Shown piece by piece: positions 60,522-64,000 of a DNA stretch of 64,000 bases (position 1 is its first letter; each line of letters starts with the position of its first letter). Origin of the DNA: Patescibacteria group bacterium (GTDB lineage: Bacteria > Patescibacteriota > Minisyncoccia > Phycocordibacterales > JACOZG01); contig JBBTQW010000002.1 in assembly GCA_038065495.1 (NCBI GenBank), forward strand, positions 362,641 to 426,640, read 5' to 3'. The notes under the pieces were generated by a model. It worked only from the letters and a program-made list of their open reading frames with translations, was not told the origin of the DNA and searched no databases. A program made the translations under genes and the position numbers.

Positions 60522-61592
60522 ATGGCCGACAATGGCAAAACTCTCAATATTGAGGTGACCGTAGGCACAGTGCTCAAGATTATCTTGGTGCTAGCCGGCG
60601 TTTTTCTCTTGTATTATTTATTTGATCTGGTCCTCGTCATTCTGCTTTCAATCGTCATTGCGTCTTCCGTTGAGCCAGCTACGCGCTCGCTGGCGCGCTA
60701 TCGCGTACCAAGAGTTTTGTCGGTGTTGTTTGTGTATGTTTTTGCTTTCTTTATCTTTGCCGTTTTGATTCCCGTTTTCGTCTTCCCAATCTTCAGCGAT
60801 TTGTCTGACTTAACAGCCACTTTGCCGGCCAGGATTACGAGCTTGCCGTTCTTCTCGCAAGCGCCACCACTCTTGGTGGCCTTTACTGGCAAGCTTTCTG
60901 TGTCTGACATCGTCTCCGGCTTGAGTACCGGCCTTGCGGCAATTCCCCATGGCATTACCGAGACAGCCAGTGTGGTTTTCAATAGTTTGTTTAAATTAAT
61001 TCTGGTAATCGTCATTTCGTTTTATCTGGCTGTACAGCCCAAAGGTATTGAGAGTTTCTTGCGCCTCGTCACGCCAATCCCGCGAGAGCGTTATGTGTTG
61101 GATCTGTGGCAACGTGTCCAGCAGAAGATCGGCATGTGGATGCAAGGTCAGCTCTTGCTCGGCCTCATCATGGGCGTGCTCGTCTTCTTGGGCTTGAGCA
61201 TTTTGCAAGTAGAGCATGCGCTCTTGCTCGCGCTCTTGGCTGCGCTTTTCGAGATTATTCCGTTCTTCGGGCCGGTACTTGCGGCAGTGCCGGCGGTTTT
61301 GCTCGCCTTTAGCTCCAGCCCCACGCTCGGCTTTATGGTTATCGGTCTCTATATCATCATGCAGCAATTTGAGAATCACTTGATTTATCCACTCGTCGTG
61401 CGCAAGATTGTGGGCGTGCCGCCACTACTCGTGATTTTGTCGTTGATTATCGGCGCGCAATTGGCCGGCTTTATGGGCCTCATTCTCGCTGTGCCGGTAG
61501 CGACGATCTTGATGGAAATGTTGTCAGATTTTGAGAAGAGCAAATATCTCTTTGAGAAAGTGGAAGAAAAAGTGGAACAAGCGAATGCCTAA
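60522..61592 (+). CDS. AI-2E family transporter (UPF0118/PerM-like permease)
   Basis: About 356 aa, 7-8 TM helices. Conserved C-terminal region LIYPLVVRKIVGVPPLLVILSLIIGAQLAGFMGLILAVPVA. Confidence 0.8.
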   Translation: MADNGKTLNIEVTVGTVLKIILVLAGVFLLYYLFDLVLVILLSIVIASSVEPATRSLARYRVPRVLSVLFVYVFAFFIFAVLIPVFVFPIFSDLSDLTATLPARITSLPFFSQAPPLLVAFTGKLSVSDIVSGLSTGLAAIPHGITETASVVFNSLFKLILVIVISFYLAVQPKGIESFLRLVTPIPRERYVLDLWQRVQQKIGMWMQGQLLLGLIMGVLVFLGLSILQVEHALLLALLAALFEIIPFFGPVLAAVPAVLLAFSSSPTLGFMVIGLYIIMQQFENHLIYPLVVRKIVGVPPLLVILSLIIGAQLAGFMGLILAVPVATILMEMLSDFEKSKYLFEKVEEKVEQANA

Positions 61593-63030
61593 ACGGTTCT
61601 ATCTCACTACCACGTTGCCTTATGTTAACGCCGATCCTCACATCGGCTTTGCTTTAGAAATTATCCAGGCGGATATCATTGCGCGTTATCGCGAGCTACT
61701 GGGCGAAGAAGTTTTCTTCAACACCGGCACTGATGAGCACGGTTTGAAAATTTACAGGAAGGCGCAAGAATTAAATCGCGGCCCGCAAGAATATGTGGAT
61801 GAGTTTGCAAGCAAGTTCAAGAATTTGCAAAATATTTTGGGTCTGAGTGAGAAGTTAAATTTTATCCGGACAACCAATCCTGAACACAAAAAATCAGCGC
61901 AGAAATTCTGGGAAATTTGTCAGACTAATGGTTTTATTTACAAAAAAGATTATCAAGTCAAGTATTGCGTGGGTTGCGAACTGGAGAAAACTGATTCTGA
62001 ACTAGAAAATAATAAATGCGCGATTCATCCAAACTTAGAAATAGAATTAATTTCTGAAGAGAATTACTTTTTTAAATTTTCTAGTTTTCAGGAGAAATTA
62101 CTAGATTTATATAATAAAAATCCGGACTTTGTTATTCCAAATTCGCGTCTAAACGAAATAAAAAGTTTTGTGGCGCGGGGCTTAGAAGATTTCTCTATCT
62201 CAAGACTGAAAAATAAAATGCCTTGGGGCGTGGCCGTGCCGGGCGATCCCGAACACGTGATGTATGTGTGGTTCGACGCGCTGGTGAACTACATTTCTTG
62301 TCTCGGCTGGCCCTTCGACTCCGCTCAGGACAAGCCGGATAATTTTGTAAAGTTCTGGCCGGGCGTTCAATTTGCTGGCAAAGATAATCTGCGCCAGCAA
62401 GCGGCGATGTGGCAGGCGATGTTGCTCGCGGCCGGATTGCCAAACTCGAAACAGATTATCATCCACGGCTTCATCACCTCAGCTGGCCAGAAGATGAGCA
62501 AAAGTTTGGGGAATGTTATCGATCCGGTGAAATTAGTAGCAGAATATGGCACGGATGCTCTGCGCTATTATCTCGCGCGGCATGTGCAGCCGTTTGAAGA
62601 TAGTGATTTCACGCTAGAAAAGTTCAAAGAAGCTTACAATGCTAATCTCGCGAATGGCTTGGGAAATTTAGTGAGCCGTGTGATGAAGATGGCGACGGAT
62701 AATTTAGAAAAACCGGTAGAAATTAACTGGCGAAATATTTCTGACTTTGCTGATCTCACAAAATATTTAAATAATTACGAATATAGTCAGGCGCTAGATG
62801 AGATCTGGAAGCACATCGCCAAGCATGACGAATATATTCAAGAAACGAAGCCGTTTAGTTTGATCAAAACTGATCCAGATCAAGCGCGAGAAATTATTGC
62901 TAAACTGGTGCAAGGTTTGGCAGATTTGGCCGTTTGCTTAGAACCAATCATGCCCTCAACTTCGGCAAAAATAAAACAAGCAGTTCAAGGAAATAAAATG
63001 CCGGAGGCGCTCTTTCCAAGAAAAGAATAA
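61585..63030 (+). CDS. metG: Methionyl-tRNA synthetase (short form, no C-terminal Trbp111 domain)
   Basis: TTTLPYVNADPHIGFALE (HIGH-type). KMSKSLGNVIDP. Contains the in-frame PFDSAQDKP repeat insertion. Confidence 0.9.
   Translation: MPKRFYLTTTLPYVNADPHIGFALEIIQADIIARYRELLGEEVFFNTGTDEHGLKIYRKAQELNRGPQEYVDEFASKFKNLQNILGLSEKLNFIRTTNPEHKKSAQKFWEICQTNGFIYKKDYQVKYCVGCELEKTDSELENNKCAIHPNLEIELISEENYFFKFSSFQEKLLDLYNKNPDFVIPNSRLNEIKSFVARGLEDFSISRLKNKMPWGVAVPGDPEHVMYVWFDALVNYISCLGWPFDSAQDKPDNFVKFWPGVQFAGKDNLRQQAAMWQAMLLAAGLPNSKQIIIHGFITSAGQKMSKSLGNVIDPVKLVAEYGTDALRYYLARHVQPFEDSDFTLEKFKEAYNANLANGLGNLVSRVMKMATDNLEKPVEINWRNISDFADLTKYLNNYEYSQALDEIWKHIAKHDEYIQETKPFSLIKTDPDQAREIIAKLVQGLADLAVCLEPIMPSTSAKIKQAVQGNKMPEALFPRKE
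62310..62338 (+). repeat. 29-nt in-frame intragenic repeat copy 2 (in metG): gcccttcgactccgctcaggacaagccgg
   Basis: Encodes PFDSAQDKP within a variable surface linker of MetRS. Confidence 0.7.
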
Positions 63031-63037
63031 AAAGATA

Positions 63038-63448
63038 ATGCCTAAACCTGATATTTGGAAAGCGGCGGGAGTGATTATCAGAGACCGGAAGTTGTTGGTC
63101 AATAAATCAGCCAAGTATGATTTTTATCTCTCGCCGGGCGGCAAGATTGAGCTTGGCGAGACGCCAGCTCAGTCGCTGATCAGGGAACTGAAAGAGGAAT
63201 TAAATATTGATGTGACTGAGTCTGATTTTTATTACACGAGCACGATCGAGGAACCAGCCGCGAATGATCCGAGTAAAATTCTCAAGATGGAAATATTTTT
63301 TGTTAATAATTGGCGAGGTGAACTGAAAGCGAGCAACGAGATAATCGAGATTAAGTGGATTGATTCCACTTATCCGCGAGAGCGGCTTGGTTCGGTCATT
63401 GCTAGCCACATTATCCCGGACCTGAAGGCTAAAAATCTGATTGACTAA
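63038..63448 (+). CDS. NUDIX hydrolase
   Basis: Nudix box GGKIELGETPAQSLIRELKEELNI. Confidence 0.8.
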   Translation: MPKPDIWKAAGVIIRDRKLLVNKSAKYDFYLSPGGKIELGETPAQSLIRELKEELNIDVTESDFYYTSTIEEPAANDPSKILKMEIFFVNNWRGELKASNEIIEIKWIDSTYPRERLGSVIASHIIPDLKAKNLID

Positions 63449-63449
63449 A

Positions 63450-64000
63450 ATGCTCAAACTAATCGACGTTCACGCTCATCTCAACTTCGCTAATTATGAC
63501 GAAGACCGAGAAGCTGTCTTCGCTCGCGCGAGCGAGGCGGGGATTGGGATGATAAATGTGGGCACAGATCAGAAAACTTCAGAATTTGCGGTTGATTTGG
63601 CCCAAAAATACTCAAATACTTGGGCTACGGTCGGTCTTCATCCCACGGATTTTGTTGAGGGCTTTGATTACGAGGTTTATCTTAATTTAGCAAAACACGA
63701 GAAAACCGTGGCGATAGGCGAATGTGGCTTGGATTATTTTCATCAGAAAAGTGCCGAAGAGCAAGAGAAACAAAAAGAGATATTTATTCAGCAGATTAAG
63801 TTGGCAAATGAAGTCGGCAAGCCACTGATGTTGCATATCCGGAATGCATACAAAGATGCTTATGAAATCTTGAAGAGTGAGGCAAGAGTGAAAGGGAATG
63901 CGCACTTCTTCGCTGGGACTTGGGACGAGGCTAAGTTATTTCTCAATCTCGGTTTCACTTTATCATTTGGCGGCGTCACCACATTTGTTCGCGATTATGA
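63450..64000 (+). CDS. TatD-family metal-dependent DNase/hydrolase (partial, continues past the window end)
   Basis: LIDVHAHLNF...GECGLDYFH...LMLHIRNA. Confidence 0.8.
   Translation, partial: MLKLIDVHAHLNFANYDEDREAVFARASEAGIGMINVGTDQKTSEFAVDLAQKYSNTWATVGLHPTDFVEGFDYEVYLNLAKHEKTVAIGECGLDYFHQKSAEEQEKQKEIFIQQIKLANEVGKPLMLHIRNAYKDAYEILKSEARVKGNAHFFAGTWDEAKLFLNLGFTLSFGGVTTFVRDY

Noticed and set aside
1-64000. CRISPR arrays, IS elements/transposases, integrases, rRNA genes
   Set aside because: No regularly spaced direct repeats, no transposase or integrase-like ORFs, and no rRNA-like conserved stretches were seen by eye in this window.

Overview
This 64 kb window looks like a small-genome, CPR/Patescibacteria-like bacterial chromosome around the replication origin. 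It is densely packed with housekeeping genes. The origin neighbourhood is rpmH-rnpA-yidC on the minus strand, followed by dnaA, an AT-rich oriC-like spacer and dnaN. The rest includes PBP1A, six aminoacyl-tRNA synthetases (TyrRS, ArgRS, IleRS, GlyRS, MetRS and an ABC-F factor nearby), and ruvC-yebC, ruvB and ruvA at three separate loci. It also carries pilB and a pilM-N-O operon, PolA/Xth/UDG/MutM/RecO, ECF sigma, secE-nusG-rplK, a thyA-folA-dcd plus glyA-tmk thymidylate cluster, and seven tRNAs. TGA is used as a stop codon, so the standard genetic code applies. Interspersed are about 10 small or hypothetical genes, many secreted and several GC-rich. Each is framed by a strong 'TTGACA-N16-18-TGcTATAcT'-type extended -10 promoter and a GC-clamp 'GCCCC...GGGGC' intrinsic terminator. 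The observations most worth follow-up are: (1) IleRS carries an embedded histidine-phosphatase (PGAM-type RHG...HG) domain inserted between the two CxxC halves of its zinc knuckle. (2) A 29-nt DNA motif is inserted in frame in both glyA and metG, encoding PFD(F/S)AQ(G/D)KP. (3) An HNH endonuclease gene sits inside a tRNA-Val/tRNA-Arg unit and overlaps the downstream tRNA, and a GIY-YIG gene abuts tRNA-Leu. (4) Four short promoter-to-terminator transcripts have little or no coding capacity and are candidate structured ncRNAs. One has a promoter overlapping the ruvB start and a 17-bp long-range closing helix. (5) A tiny poly-lysine uORF precedes an ABC-F ATPase. No CRISPR array, IS element or rRNA was found.
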